From Octopus sinensis (Eukaryota): a stretch of 64,000 nt of DNA. Below, in pieces: positions 1 through 12,019 of this stretch (position 1 is the stretch's first letter; each line of letters begins with the position of its first letter). A program made the translations under genes and the position numbers. The DNA is taken from contig NC_043005.1 of the NCBI RefSeq assembly GCF_006345805.1, positions 63,922,001-63,986,000 of the forward strand, in the 5' to 3' direction. The notes under the pieces are model-generated. The model was given only the letters and a program-made list of their open reading frames with translations. It had not been told where the DNA came from and made no database searches.

Positions 1-2817
1 TGTGATAGACAAGGCAGATCCCATGGGGGCGTTATCATGTATATCCATGATACCTATGCATGCATAGAACTTGTCAATGAATCAAATGCCTACTGCAACC
101 TGCTGTGCATAAAAATCATCCAACTTAATACAGTTGTAACAATAATGTACAGACCGCCAAACAGCCCAACATTATCCTTCACTGAGCCACTGACGAAGCT
201 CCAACAAATTCTGGGAAACATGGCAAGTCCAATGCCAGACATTATCCTCCTTGGTGACTTCAACTTCCCTAACATCATCTGGCCACATGGACACATACTA
301 AAACTGGGGACAAAAGCTGAACAAATACAGGCAGCCAAACTGTTGGAAGTCACAGAGAAATTATACCTCAAACAAATGATGACAGAAGCAACAAGAAATA
401 ATAATACGATCGACTTGGTTTTCACCAACAACGAGGACACGCTATTTGACCTTCACTCAACCCCAACAATCCTTTCAGACCACAATATTATTGAAATGCA
501 TTTACACATTGGTAATGAGCCCAATGCCACAACTCTTAAACAAAAGGACATGCCAAAGCTATGCAGGTATGATTATCACCAGGCAAATTGGGAAACTATT
601 AACAACCAGTTACAAATCATTGACTGGGATCTCTACCTTACTGGGCCAGATAAACACAAGAAATTCTTAAACAAGATCGAAGAAATATGTGAAAAAAATG
701 TTCCTCTAAAGAAAACCAAGTCCACAAAAAAACCTGTACCACGGGAGCGAAAGATCCTGATGCGCAAAAGGTCAAGACTAAGAAACAAAACATCTAAGCT
801 GACATCAAAACATGAATTACAGAAAGTCCTTGACCAAATATACAGATTAGAAGACAATCTAAAACAACACTATGATGAAGAACGTAACAAGGCAGAAAAG
901 AAAGCCATAGAAAACATCAAGAAAAATCCAAAATGTTTCTACAGTTTTGCAAAGAAATACTCGAACACCAAGTCAACAATAGGACCTCTCCAGAGACAAA
1001 ATGGGGATGTAGTGAATAACCCTATTGAAATGGCAGAAATGTTGGGTCAACAGTATGAAAGTGTCTTCAGTGAGCCATCTAAAACCATGAAGATCCATGA
1101 CCCAGGAAAATTCTTCAAGGATATCGACCATACTAAACCTACCCTATCCGACATTGATTTCAACCCAGAAGACATAGCAAGAGCAATAGACAAGCTCTCC
1201 ATGCACTCGGCTGCGGGGCCTGACGGTTTCAATGCCATGATACTTAAAAACTGCAAGGCACAATTGTCGAAACCCCTTTACATGATATGGAGGGAATCTA
1301 TGGAGAATGGCAAAATACCAAATACATATAAAGAAGCACACATAACTCCAATACATAAAGGGGATAGCAAATCAAAACCAAAGAACTACCGACCAATCTC
1401 ACTGACATCACACATTATCAAGGTCTTCGAAAGAATAGTTCGTGGAAAACTGGTTGAGTTCCTGGAATCCAACAATCTGATGAATTGCAACCAGCATGGA
1501 TTCAGGTTAGGTAGATCATGCCTTTCCCAACTACTGGCACACCATGACCAAATCCTAGAAAATCTAGAGAATGGATACAACACAGATGTTATCTACCTCG
1601 ACTTTGCCAAGGCATTTGACAAGGTAGATCATGGCATCCTGGGTCACAAACTTCGAAAGCTAGGAGTAGGAGGAAAAGTTGGTACATGGATAAACGAGTT
1701 CCTTACAAATAGAACTCAAACAGTCACTGTGAATGGAACCCATTCAACACCATCACCTGTGACCAGCAGTGTTCCTCAGGGTACAGTACTCGGCCCAATC
1801 CTGTTTCTCATCCTCATCTCTGACATAGATGAAGATACAACCAGCAACGTCTCATCCTTTGCTGATGACACCAGGGTCATGAGACAAATCAAAGACGAGG
1901 TGGATACAGAGGCCTTACAAAAGGACCTGACCACCATATATAAATGGCAGGAAACAAACAACATGTTGTTCAATGATAAGAAGTTTGAACTAATTCGCTA
2001 CGGAACAGATCAAGATCTGAAAAATACAACAAACTACAGAAACCCATCAGGACAACAAATAATGGAAAAACAGTATGTGAAAGATTTAGGCATCCACATG
2101 GGAACCAACCTAAAATTCAGAGAACACCTTGACTCAGTCTGTCTTACTGCAAGAAAGTACAGCGGGTGGATCTTGCGCACCTTCAAATCAAGAGATACCT
2201 CAACAATGAAAACCCTCTGGAACAGTATGATACTTCCGAGGATTGACTACTGTTCTCAGTTGTGGTCACCAACAACAAAGGGCCAACTATCTAAGATAGA
2301 ATCGCTCCAAAGAAATTTTACCTCATACTTCTCAGAAACGAGGGACCTGGACTATTGGCAAAGACTCAAAACCTTGAGGATGTACTCAATAGAAAGAAGA
2401 TTTGAGCGATACCGAATTATATACATTTGGAAAATGATAGAGCAGAAGGTGCCAAACTTTGGTATCAAAACCTACCACTCACTGCGCCACGGAAGACGCT
2501 GCCAGCTGCCACCAATCAACAAAAAGGCTGGCCAGGCAGCAAAAACCCTGCGAGAATCAAGTCTGTTGGTTCGAGGAGCACAACTGTTCAACTCCATTCC
2601 GGTACATGTCAGAAATCTATCAGGATGCAGTGTGGAATCATTCAAATTGCAACTGGATAGATACTTAAGCACCATTAGAGATGAACCCCATCTCCCAGGA
2701 TATACACAACGAGCACAAACTGACTCAAACTCGCTCCTACACATGTCAAATTTAAGCAGAGAATACAACCTGGCAACCACACCAGACTCTGAGGGTGGAG
2801 TCTTCGACTTGGCCTGA
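1..2817 (+). CDS. CR1-group non-LTR retrotransposon ORF2 (APE endonuclease + reverse transcriptase), 5' end runs off the window
   Basis: Frame 1 is open from base 1 (CDRQGRSHGGVIMYI...) to the stop at 2817. APE motifs: YRPP, LGDFN, PTRNNNTIDLVF, SDHN. RT motifs: AAGPDG, NYRPISLTS, QHGFR, LDFAKAFDKVDH, VPQGTVLGP, FADD. CR1-type C-terminus: LRMYSIERRFERY. Confidence 0.93.
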   Translation, partial: CDRQGRSHGGVIMYIHDTYACIELVNESNAYCNLLCIKIIQLNTVVTIMYRPPNSPTLSFTEPLTKLQQILGNMASPMPDIILLGDFNFPNIIWPHGHILKLGTKAEQIQAAKLLEVTEKLYLKQMMTEATRNNNTIDLVFTNNEDTLFDLHSTPTILSDHNIIEMHLHIGNEPNATTLKQKDMPKLCRYDYHQANWETINNQLQIIDWDLYLTGPDKHKKFLNKIEEICEKNVPLKKTKSTKKPVPRERKILMRKRSRLRNKTSKLTSKHELQKVLDQIYRLEDNLKQHYDEERNKAEKKAIENIKKNPKCFYSFAKKYSNTKSTIGPLQRQNGDVVNNPIEMAEMLGQQYESVFSEPSKTMKIHDPGKFFKDIDHTKPTLSDIDFNPEDIARAIDKLSMHSAAGPDGFNAMILKNCKAQLSKPLYMIWRESMENGKIPNTYKEAHITPIHKGDSKSKPKNYRPISLTSHIIKVFERIVRGKLVEFLESNNLMNCNQHGFRLGRSCLSQLLAHHDQILENLENGYNTDVIYLDFAKAFDKVDHGILGHKLRKLGVGGKVGTWINEFLTNRTQTVTVNGTHSTPSPVTSSVPQGTVLGPILFLILISDIDEDTTSNVSSFADDTRVMRQIKDEVDTEALQKDLTTIYKWQETNNMLFNDKKFELIRYGTDQDLKNTTNYRNPSGQQIMEKQYVKDLGIHMGTNLKFREHLDSVCLTARKYSGWILRTFKSRDTSTMKTLWNSMILPRIDYCSQLWSPTTKGQLSKIESLQRNFTSYFSETRDLDYWQRLKTLRMYSIERRFERYRIIYIWKMIEQKVPNFGIKTYHSLRHGRRCQLPPINKKAGQAAKTLRESSLLVRGAQLFNSIPVHVRNLSGCSVESFKLQLDRYLSTIRDEPHLPGYTQRAQTDSNSLLHMSNLSREYNLATTPDSEGGVFDLA

Positions 2818-2859
2818 GCATGGACTCAAACCCAAATGAAATGAAATGAAATGAAAATG
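1..2859 (+). mobile_element. Young CR1-group LINE with very short 3' UTR and (AAATG)n tail
   Basis: The ORF2 stop is followed by a 16-nt UTR, then aaatg x4 + aaaatg at 2834-2859. Short tandem-repeat tails are typical of CR1/L2. Confidence 0.88.
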
Positions 2860-3097
2860 CCTTGCCGTATTGATTTATGCCATGCATTGCTCTTAGTTCA
2901 AACCTAGCCAGTGTTGGCTTTGCATTTTCTCCCTAAGGATAGATAAAATAGCAATCAGTAATGTACTGGTGCATATTTATTCGATTAGGTATTCGTCTAC
3001 AAATTTATGTATGACTTTTGAGCCATATAGAGAACAACAAACGAATTTCTCTCAATGCACATGTTTTCATAATGATACAAGAGATGTCCATCGGATG

Positions 3098-3353
3098 AAA
3101 TGGTCCACGGACCGGTGCCGGTCCGCGAGCCATCAGCTGCCGGTACGCGGTGAGTTTCCAGAAAAGAAAGGAACATTCTAAAATGCTTATAAAATGCTTA
3201 TGTAATATTGTATTATTTGTTTACAAAATGAATATAACATAAAAATATTGTCATCTTTTATTATATTCATTATATATATTGTTTCCGGTATAAATTAATA
3301 TTACTAAGAAATATTACCGGTAGCTGGCACATCAGATAGTTTGAGAAGCACTG
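3098..3353. mobile_element. hAT/Charlie-like MITE, one terminus degraded
   Basis: Right end gtttgagaagcactg (3339-3353) resembles a hAT TIR. Internal ggtccacggaccggtgccggtccgcg palindromic motif is typical of such MITEs. Left TIR not clear. Confidence 0.55.
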
Positions 3354-3582
3354 ATCTAGATAATTATATATCTAGATGAACGGCGAGATGAACACAGTCG
3401 AAAAGCTTTTGATGATAGTTTCACTTGATCATGGCCTTGTGTTGTATATCTGTAACGCTAGTTTCATTCTTTAATGAAACCAGTGACGACCTCAGTACGT
3501 TGTATCCGTTGTTTCCATTCACCCATCGTAGTCAAAAAGGGGGATAATAGGTGGAGCGGGAAGGAGAAAGATAGTGAGAGAA

Positions 3583-3586
<4 letters not shown>

Positions 3587-3639
<53 letters not shown>

Positions 3640-3680
3640 ATACATACATACATATATATATATATATAATATATATATAC

Positions 3681-3768
<88 letters not shown>
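3587..3768. repeat. (TA)n / (TACA)n microsatellite
   Basis: Read directly. Source of the spurious IYIYIY ORFs. Confidence 0.97.
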
Positions 3769-3773
<5 letters not shown>

Positions 3774-4949
3774 ACCCCACATGAAATAAGTGCTATCGTT
3801 GTGATGCGACGTCATATGAAAGGTTATATGACATTTTTGCCCTGTTTATCATTTAATATTGCTTGAATATAATATGGTAATGAGTTATATTTGTATATAG
3901 TCAGAAACGGAGCATAAAGATGTAGTTGATAACTAATTAATATTCTCTAAGCTAACATAATCAATCATGACTAGTATTTGTGATTTTGAGGTATCGTATC
4001 TGCTGTGTAAGAAAAATAGATTATCTTCAAGTTGTTGCTCAAATGAAAGATCTTAAAGAATACTTTATTTTTCTAATGAGTTCATATATCAAAATGACAC
4101 AATGGAAAAAACCAATAAGTCGGAATAAAAGCCCTTTCTTTCTCATTTTTGTTCATAGCTATTTGCTGACTAACAGTCAATACAATTTGTCTCAGAACAG
4201 ACTCTCTTCTCATTGCGTCTGTTTTCTTTTCTTTTTTTAATCATAAGGATAAATCGTTCATCGTAGTTTTATTTGAGCATAGCTAAATCTCAGGAGGTAG
4301 TCATAAAGGTACTAAATAGTAAATCATAGTTTCATCCGCTTATATATAATGAACTGTGCTGAAATTAATTTTCTCTAATTTCAGTTTGATAATTAACTTC
4401 GTTGCTTGCTTTTGATTAGGCTGTTTCATTGGGCAACCAACTTATTGTCTGCGTATATATATTTCTAACATCTCCAGTAACTCAGATGATTTGTACTTAT
4501 TATTCAATGAAAGTTATAGCTGAAACTGTCAGATATCATTTGGCCCAGGTCTATTTAATTGTCATTAGACCAGACATCGCAGTTAATGAAATAGATTGCA
4601 GAAAGTAAAATCTCTCCAGTGCTATTGATATGAAAATTATTTGAAATTTAACCGTTTTACTAAATATAAATTATCTATTATACTGCATAATAGCAGGCTT
4701 TAAGTTTTAATTTCCTGGTGATAATCTGAAGCTGAAATCAGCCAAACGTGACAACTTACTCGCTCATAAGCAAGTATGGTAATATCTACCGTGATTTCTC
4801 TTATTGTTTCAGTTGATTGTGCCATCAAGAAGAAACATGGACACTCTCCCAGCTACCCTATCCTTGATTCTGCAGAACAACTAGAATGTGGGAGCTGGAG
4901 ATAGAGAACGACTAGTACGCAATAATAGCTGAATAGATTGAACCAGCAT

Positions 4950-5058
4950 GAAGTGAAATGGTTTGTTCCAAAACACAATTTGTCAACTGGTTCAGGAATC
5001 AAACCCAACATCTTTTGATTGGGAGCCTCGCGTTCAAATCAATAGGCTACGTGCCTTC
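4950..5058 (-). mobile_element. Degenerate tRNA-derived SINE head
   Basis: Minus strand reads tgaaggcacgtagcc...gggtttgattcctgaacc (A/B-box-like), similar to other SINE heads in the window. Confidence 0.5.
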
Positions 5059-5109
5059 AGAATGTTAAGCATGGACGTGAAAACAATACTAATATTAACT
5101 GTAGTAATT

Positions 5110-5292
5110 GGGCGGTGAGTTGGTCGAACCTTTAGCCGCATTTCGTACTCTTAGTTCAAATTCTGCCGGGACTGACTTTGACTTTATCCTCCGGAAGTTG
5201 ATAAAATAAGTACCTGTTGAGTACTGTGATCGGTGTAATCGACTTAATCTCTTTTCCAAACTTACTGGTCTTGTGCCAAACTTTAAAACCAA
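5110..5292 (+). mobile_element. tRNA-derived SINE (cephalopod type)
   Basis: ggcggtgagttgg...agttcaaattctgccg...gactttg...gataaaataagtacc...gtaatcgactt. Homologous to copies at 28203, 37153 and 63566. Confidence 0.75.
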
Positions 5293-5411
5293 TACAGTTC
5301 TATATTTAAGAGATGAGGAATCATGTACATTATTTACAATTGACGGATATTAAGGAAGGACAGGAGAATATTAGATTTATAAACCCTAAAATTCACACCA
5401 CATTTGCCCAC

Positions 5412-5486
5412 GGGCATATGGCGTAGTGGTTAAGAGCTACTAACCCCAAGATTCCGAGTTCGATTCCAGGCAGTGACCTGAATAAA

Positions 5487-5539
<53 letters not shown>

Positions 5540-5660
5540 CAACAACATCGAAAACTACCTTAGAAATGAGAACCCCAAGACACCTGAAGAAGGCTGGAGG
5601 GTATATCAGCCGAAACGTTGTGTTGACAACAAACAAGATGAGGACAAAAATCCGTCAATT
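5412..5660 (+). mobile_element. SINE-like element: tRNA-like head, (AAT)n, then minimal hammerhead motif
   Basis: A-box-like tggcgtagtggt, B-box-like gagttcgattcc, (AAT)n at about 5489-5535, HHR at 5579-5624. Confidence 0.65.
5579..5624 (+). ncRNA. Minimal type I hammerhead ribozyme motif (palindromic helix III, PLE type)
   Basis: gacac CTGAAGA a ggctg-gagggtatat-cagcc GAAAC GTT gtgtt. Helix I gacac/gtgtt, helix II ggctg/cagcc. Helix III is the loopless palindrome AACGTT; predicted site GUU. Confidence 0.7.
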
Positions 5661-6058
5661 TAAAGCCAATATTAATCGTAATAGTAGGTTATGCTGCGCA
5701 CAAAATCCTGGATGAATACATTAAACAAAAGTCAATTACTGAATCACCTGTGCCTAGCAGCTCACTGCACCAAAATTAACCCTGCTAGGGAAAACTCAAA
5801 TCTTATGTGCACTTCATAGTTTTAATTCCCAACTCAGGGTACACTCTTTGCAAAATACAAATAAGACATTGTTCTATACGATCGTCAACCAATCACATAA
5901 CACAATCCGCACACAATCACTACATAATAAAATACCATACACTTAAATATACAATTCAATGGCATTCTATGCTTGCTCGGAATTTTGACCTGTGTGTTGA
6001 ACATACTTCTCTGAAGACATCCAGGTACATAATAACAACTTAGCTATTGTTGGATCAT

Positions 6059-6142
<84 letters not shown>

Positions 6143-6413
6143 GCATATATATATTGACACACATGCGCGCGTGTGTGTATGGAAAAAGTTTTTGAATATT
6201 CAGATTATCTACTCTCTTGAAGGGGAGCTGGTCGTCATTGCTATTTGGTTGTTATGTCACATCGTCCACTAGAAGTGCAGGTGGTTTTAAGAAATCAAGA
6301 GATTTTGTTGCATGGTATTTGACATACTGGTATATGTTTATGTTATTCAAATAAATAATTCCTGGCCATTTCGAATGATTCCTTTTCGCTCATTTCAGTT
6401 TCCCTCGCTTTAA

Positions 6414-6515
<102 letters not shown>

Positions 6516-6536
6516 GATAGGATATATAAATAGATT

Positions 6537-6822
6537 AACCGGCATTCCGTCGGTTATGACGACGAGGGTTCCAGTTGATCCGAATAACAGAACAGCCTGT
6601 TCGGAAAATTAACAAACAAATGCCTGCGCACTTTTCAGACATGTGTACCCTTAACGTAGGTCTCAGGAAGATTCAGCGAGACGCAGAGCTGAATTACAGT
6701 TTTCCAGCTATGTAGACTGGAGCAGTGTCAAATAAAGTGTCTTAATCAAGGACACAACGCACCGCCGGTTTTCCAACTTACAAACGTACGATCATGAGCC
6801 ACTAAGCCATGTACCTACACAA
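6537..6822 (-). mobile_element. tRNA-derived SINE with RTE-like 3' tail
   Basis: Homologous to 44400-44704. Shared ccggcattccgtcggttatgacgac...gagcagtgtcaaataaagtgtctt...gacacaacg...ccactaagcca. Confidence 0.75.
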
Positions 6823-6825
6823 CTA

Positions 6826-6967
6826 TGGTAAGAAGCTTACTTCCCGACTACCTAGTTCAGGGTTCAATCCCAATACGTAGCACCATGGGCAAATATCTTC
6901 TCTGTAGCCTTGGGCCGACCAAAGACTTGTGAGTGGGTTTGGTAGACGGAAACTAAAATAAGACAAT

Positions 6968-7052
<85 letters not shown>

Positions 7053-7255
7053 TTGTGTTTGTATTGTCCACCATCACCGTACAACAACCGGTGTAAGTTA
7101 CGTAGTCGTGACTTACTGGTTCGACACAAGATACCGATAGAATAAGTACTAGGCTTCGAAAATTAAGCTATGGAGCCGATTTGTTCGAGTAAAGCCTTTC
7201 AAGACAGTGCTCCATCATGGCCACAGTCAGGTAACTGAGACAAGTAAAAGAATTA
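6826..7255 (+). mobile_element. tRNA-derived SINE with internal (TG)n
   Basis: tggtaagaagctt...gggttcaatccc...gcaccatgggcaaat...tgagtgggtttggtagacggaaact, (TG)n, then ...ccgatagaataagtact. Homologous to 24598-25040. Confidence 0.8.
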
Positions 7256-7829
7256 AAAAATAAAAGAATATGTATCTATCTTTCTAAACATACATACATG
7301 TAAATATGACTGTTTACGCGTATGCCTAGAATCTATGACCATATGAATGAAATAAATTTGACATACACAAATCCAAAATAAATAACGAACATAGTGGTGT
7401 TAAAATATATTTCTTGGCATACATATACATTTAAAACCGCTGGAATTATAATGATTTAAGCCTTGTCATATTAGTCATCTATGTATTTGATATTTTAGAT
7501 ATGACATTACCGGAGTATTATTAGTTATCTATGTAACACATTCAATATGGCCACTGTATCAAACATCTTTTTCGGTTGAATCTTCGATATCGTCGCCATT
7601 ATACAGTTTGTTCTAATTCCTTAATTAATAATTTTATACTTTATTAACAAATAATTTTTATCAGTTACTTTTTATAGATCACCTTTTGACTAGTAATTGT
7701 TTTATCGTGCTCATTTTTATTTGTTTGGTATGATTGAGACCCTCTCCGTATAATTATTCATATCATCTTTTCAATTATAATTATTGAGATTATAATCGTA
7801 ATCACGCTCTAAACTGAAATGCTAAAATA

Positions 7830-8367
7830 ATAATCATATCATTATCATTATTTTTTTTTTCGTTCTCATTGTTATCATTGATATCATTATCAAAACCTTT
7901 ATTGTGTCCATTGATGCCATTATCTTCGTCCTCCTCTCACTTCTCTTGTTCTTGTTCCTTCTGATTATAATTGGCTTCATCCTCATCTTCATCGTCGTCA
8001 ACGGCACCGTTATCGTTATCATCATCACATCAGCCACAAAAACAAAAACAATATTGTCATTCTCATTTCCATCGGCACTAGTGCCGTCCTGGTCACCTCT
8101 CATATCATCACGTCATCCTACTTCTCCCTCTTTTTGTCTCATAACCATCATCATAATCATCATCGCCATCATCATCATTGTTGGTATTTTGAACAGCACC
8201 CAGAAAACAATAATCACTAATATTATGGTTGTAAACATAACGATAAACATCACGATATATACCATAATCGTGATTAGGATAGCAATCTCTACCATCATCA
8301 ACAAAAACAAAAACAAACTTATAGCTATCATTATCACTTCTACCATTGTCATGGTCACAATTACAGC

Positions 8368-8417
<50 letters not shown>

Positions 8418-8460
8418 TCGTCGTCGTCTTCGCCGTCACTCTCATCAAACTTTATATTCT
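7830..8460. repeat. (CAT/ATC)-rich low-complexity tract
   Basis: Degenerate trinucleotide repeats; explains the poly-Ile and poly-Met ORFs. Confidence 0.9.
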
Positions 8461-8738
8461 TGATTGTTTTCGGTCAGCATTCATTTCTGTAAAAGTATTT
8501 TCCCAGTGTTGAAATATATTCTCGCTCCCTTCTACACGCACATTTCACACATGCAAACATACCTTACACACAATTCACACACATGTGTTTGTCATGAAGA
8601 GGAGAAAAAAAAAATCAAGCCATAGTTTTTGGAAAAGGTTAACGTTAGTTTCGGAAGAGAATCATGTCAAATTATAGTATACGTAAACGAAATGCAGTTA
8701 CGCTCTCCCAACTGTACACACACGCGCACAAACACACA

Positions 8739-8801
<63 letters not shown>

Positions 8802-9235
8802 CTCCCTCTCTCACATACACATACACACACACGTGTATGTATGTACGTGCGTATGTATGTATGTATGTATGTATGTATGTATGTATGTATGTATGTATGT
8901 ATGTATAGAGTATTCCAATATCTGATGCTTCAGAACAAAGAAGCTGGTACTAATATATTAGGTAATAGTGTGAGAATACGGTTATTTACATTATTATATA
9001 TTTATTAATGATATTAAAATGTATCTTCTTACATATAATGAAACGCAATATGTATCTCGAACAGTTTAGGAGTGGCTGACCATCAGAGACGCTGAAGGTA
9101 TACAAACTGCATTCAAATGCCTTGCTCTGAAAACGCAGGTCATTTAATTAAAATAAAGCTGCAAAATTTTACCTCAAATTGCATTTTGTTTATTAGATTC
9201 ACACACATATATATACATATATATATATATAATAT

Positions 9236-9304
<69 letters not shown>

Positions 9305-9467
9305 CACAAATTGAGATAGGGGTTGTAAATGCAACCCTCCATGGGATAACATATATCCAATATACTGCTAGTGAAGGTTAATACATAAATGTTAAGGATT
9401 GCGATGCAATCAATTCATTTACTGTATTATATGGGCAAAGGTAAAATGTTTTACCACAAATTCCTAA

Positions 9468-10409
9468 TACAAAATAAGAAAATGGAGAAATACATCTAAA
9501 TCAAATATCAATTACCAGATAATACTCAATCACATACTTTATTAAACCACCACATAAGAAACTATAGGGTCAAACATAAAAAAGTAGAGCAAAACAGTGC
9601 ACATAAAGGAGTGTACATAAAAAAGTGTACATAAAAGAGTTACGTTATACAATAAGTAGAATATATATAAGAGAATATAAATATAAGTAAATATAAATAT
9701 AAATATAGATTACGTCTTACAGCTGTTTCGGCCATGTAGATAAGTATGTCTCATTTTACTTATATTAGCCTTTTATGGTAGGTCAATATGTAGTTATAAA
9801 TGAGACATTTACAAAAATATCATAAGGCCTCTTCGGAGATTATGTGATATAAATCAGTCTACATATATACCCATATGGGTGTGGGTACATACCCACAATA
9901 CATCATATACATATACATATGAGTGCATATACTCACACTCCTATACATATAAATATATACATATACATAATGATATATATAACATAAATTAGTAAACATA
10001 CATATGCTCCACATTTAATGTTACAGTTTTTCAACTTAATATTGTGATAATAAACATACACATATTAATACCTAAATGCAGATATACAGAGTCAATAGTA
10101 CATTATATTAATTCCTACAAATTTCTAAAGTGTCATTAAAGTTAGCATCATTATCATTGTCAATACCATTAATGCTACCAATTTATATTTACTTATATTT
10201 ATATTCTCTTATATATATTCTACTTATTGTATAACATTACTCTTTTATGTACACTTTTTTATGTACACTCCTTTATGTACACTGTTTTGCTCTACTTTTT
10301 TATGTTTAACCCTATAGTTTCTTATGTGGTGGTTTAATAAAGTATGTGATTGAGTATTATCTGGTAATTGATATTTGATTTAGATGTATTTCTCCATTTT
10401 CTTATTTTG

Positions 10410-10411
<2 letters not shown>
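9468..10411. mobile_element. Penelope-like non-autonomous element with 231-bp inverted arms (9468-9698 / 10181-10411)
   Basis: The arms are reverse complements with 4 mismatches by eye. The 482-bp spacer contains an HHR motif abutting the left arm. Inverted pseudo-LTR segments are a known PLE signature. Confidence 0.7.
9715..9839 (-). ncRNA. Hammerhead motif with extended helix II and a U4-to-C core change
   Basis: Minus strand: tct CCGAAGA ggcc-(92 nt incl. atgtctcattt/aaatgagacat stem)-ggcc GAAAC agct GTA aga. Helix III palindrome ACAGCTGT. Confidence 0.62.
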
Positions 10412-10478
<67 letters not shown>

Positions 10479-10536
10479 TGTATATATAGTCCCCTCTCAC
10501 TCTCCCTCTGTCTCTCTCTCTCTCTCTCAATATATA

Positions 10537-10577
<41 letters not shown>

Positions 10578-10685
10578 ACTTAGGAGGGTTCTTGGTATCT
10601 AAGGCATCTTTACGTAGCCATCTGTTAGGATTCTTTTTTTCTAACAGCCTAAACTGTTGAGTGTATATGAATAATAATAATAATA

Positions 10686-10749
<64 letters not shown>

Positions 10750-10750
<1 letters not shown>

Positions 10751-11228
10751 CCCTGATGCAGTACTAGTCACTGGTTGTAATGGCTTTTGATCTTAACAGA
10801 TTGGAAGTGTTATCTTGTACATTGATCTGTCTTGGAAAAAAAGATGGGCTACAGCAAATATTCTGCTCAGTACCAAAGATTAGCTTGTCAGTTTTGTAAC
10901 CTTAACCAGTTAAGCATGTTCCTTACTGGTTGATGATATGTGCATTTCTGATCATGCTTCAATCATCATCCTTAAATAAACCTTATTCAGGGAACTTTTG
11001 AGCAGGATGGCTTACTTAAGCTGAAGAAAATTCTAACTGGGCTTCTCCTGTAAGATCATGCGCTGTTTATCTTGACATGAGATCATCATGTCGGGCACAT
11101 ATGGTTGTTGTGATGCATGTGCCTGGATTACTCTTATCAGACGGATAGTCGTGATGGGTTTCCTAGACTTCCCATATTTGTACCCCAGTGTCACTTTAAT
11201 GGCATGCGCTGTTCTGTCACTCACTCAC
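10750..11228. mobile_element. About 480-bp non-coding repeat embedded in (AAT)n on both sides
   Basis: Complex sequence ccctgatgcagtac...ctgttctgtcactc bounded by pure (AAT)n at 10671-10749 and by AAT-rich repeats from about 11229. No recognisable ORF. Confidence 0.55.
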
Positions 11229-11238
11229 TAATAATAGC

Positions 11239-11290
<52 letters not shown>

Positions 11291-11299
11291 GTAGTAGGA

Positions 11300-11357
<58 letters not shown>

Positions 11358-11401
11358 TAATAATGATGATGATAATAATAATAATAATAATAATAGTAGT
11401 A

Positions 11402-11455
<54 letters not shown>

Positions 11456-11464
11456 TAATAATGG

Positions 11465-11495
<31 letters not shown>

Positions 11496-11641
11496 AATGA
11501 TGATAATCTATTATAATAATGATCTGGTTTGTAAGTTTGTCCAAAATCACGCAGTGAGGAAGTAGAAGTGTAAGTAAGGGTAAAAAAGAGAGACAAAATG
11601 GTATTAACAATGAGAGAGGGAGTGGTATCAAACAGCGCCTC

Positions 11642-11679
<38 letters not shown>

Positions 11680-11781
11680 AACACAAACCTTTTCACTTTA
11701 TTGCTGAACGCTGCCTCTCCCTCTTTCTCTCTCTATCTTTCCATAGTTGCACACACAAACTCTCTCTCTTACTCCCTTTCG

Positions 11782-11827
<46 letters not shown>

Positions 11828-12019
11828 TACACACACACTCTCTCTCTCTCTCTCAACAACGATATTTTCATTCGAATATAAAATAAGTGAATAAGTAGTC
11901 TTTTTTTAAGTCATAGAATTAAAATACTGTCTATTGAAGGAAAACTTGATAATATTCTATTTAAAGAAAGCTAAATGAAAAAAGGAAGGCAATTATACAT
12001 ATTTACAACTACCAGCCGA

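Noticed and set aside
3474-3866. Numerous ORFs rich in IY, HT, VC, poly-I, poly-L or poly-M (here and throughout the window)
   Set aside because: They are translations of (TA)n, (CA)n, (AAT)n and (CAT)n microsatellites, which lack stops in some frames.
5412-5478. tRNA gene calls for this and other A/B-box heads
   Set aside because: No complete cloverleaf or acceptor stem; each continues into a SINE body.
6005-6060. CTGAAGA followed by an atcca/tggat stem
   Set aside because: No GAAA or cleavage triplet follows.
7904-8512. 202-aa hydrophobic ORF resembling a membrane protein
   Set aside because: It lies wholly in an ATC-rich low-complexity tract, with no splice or domain evidence.
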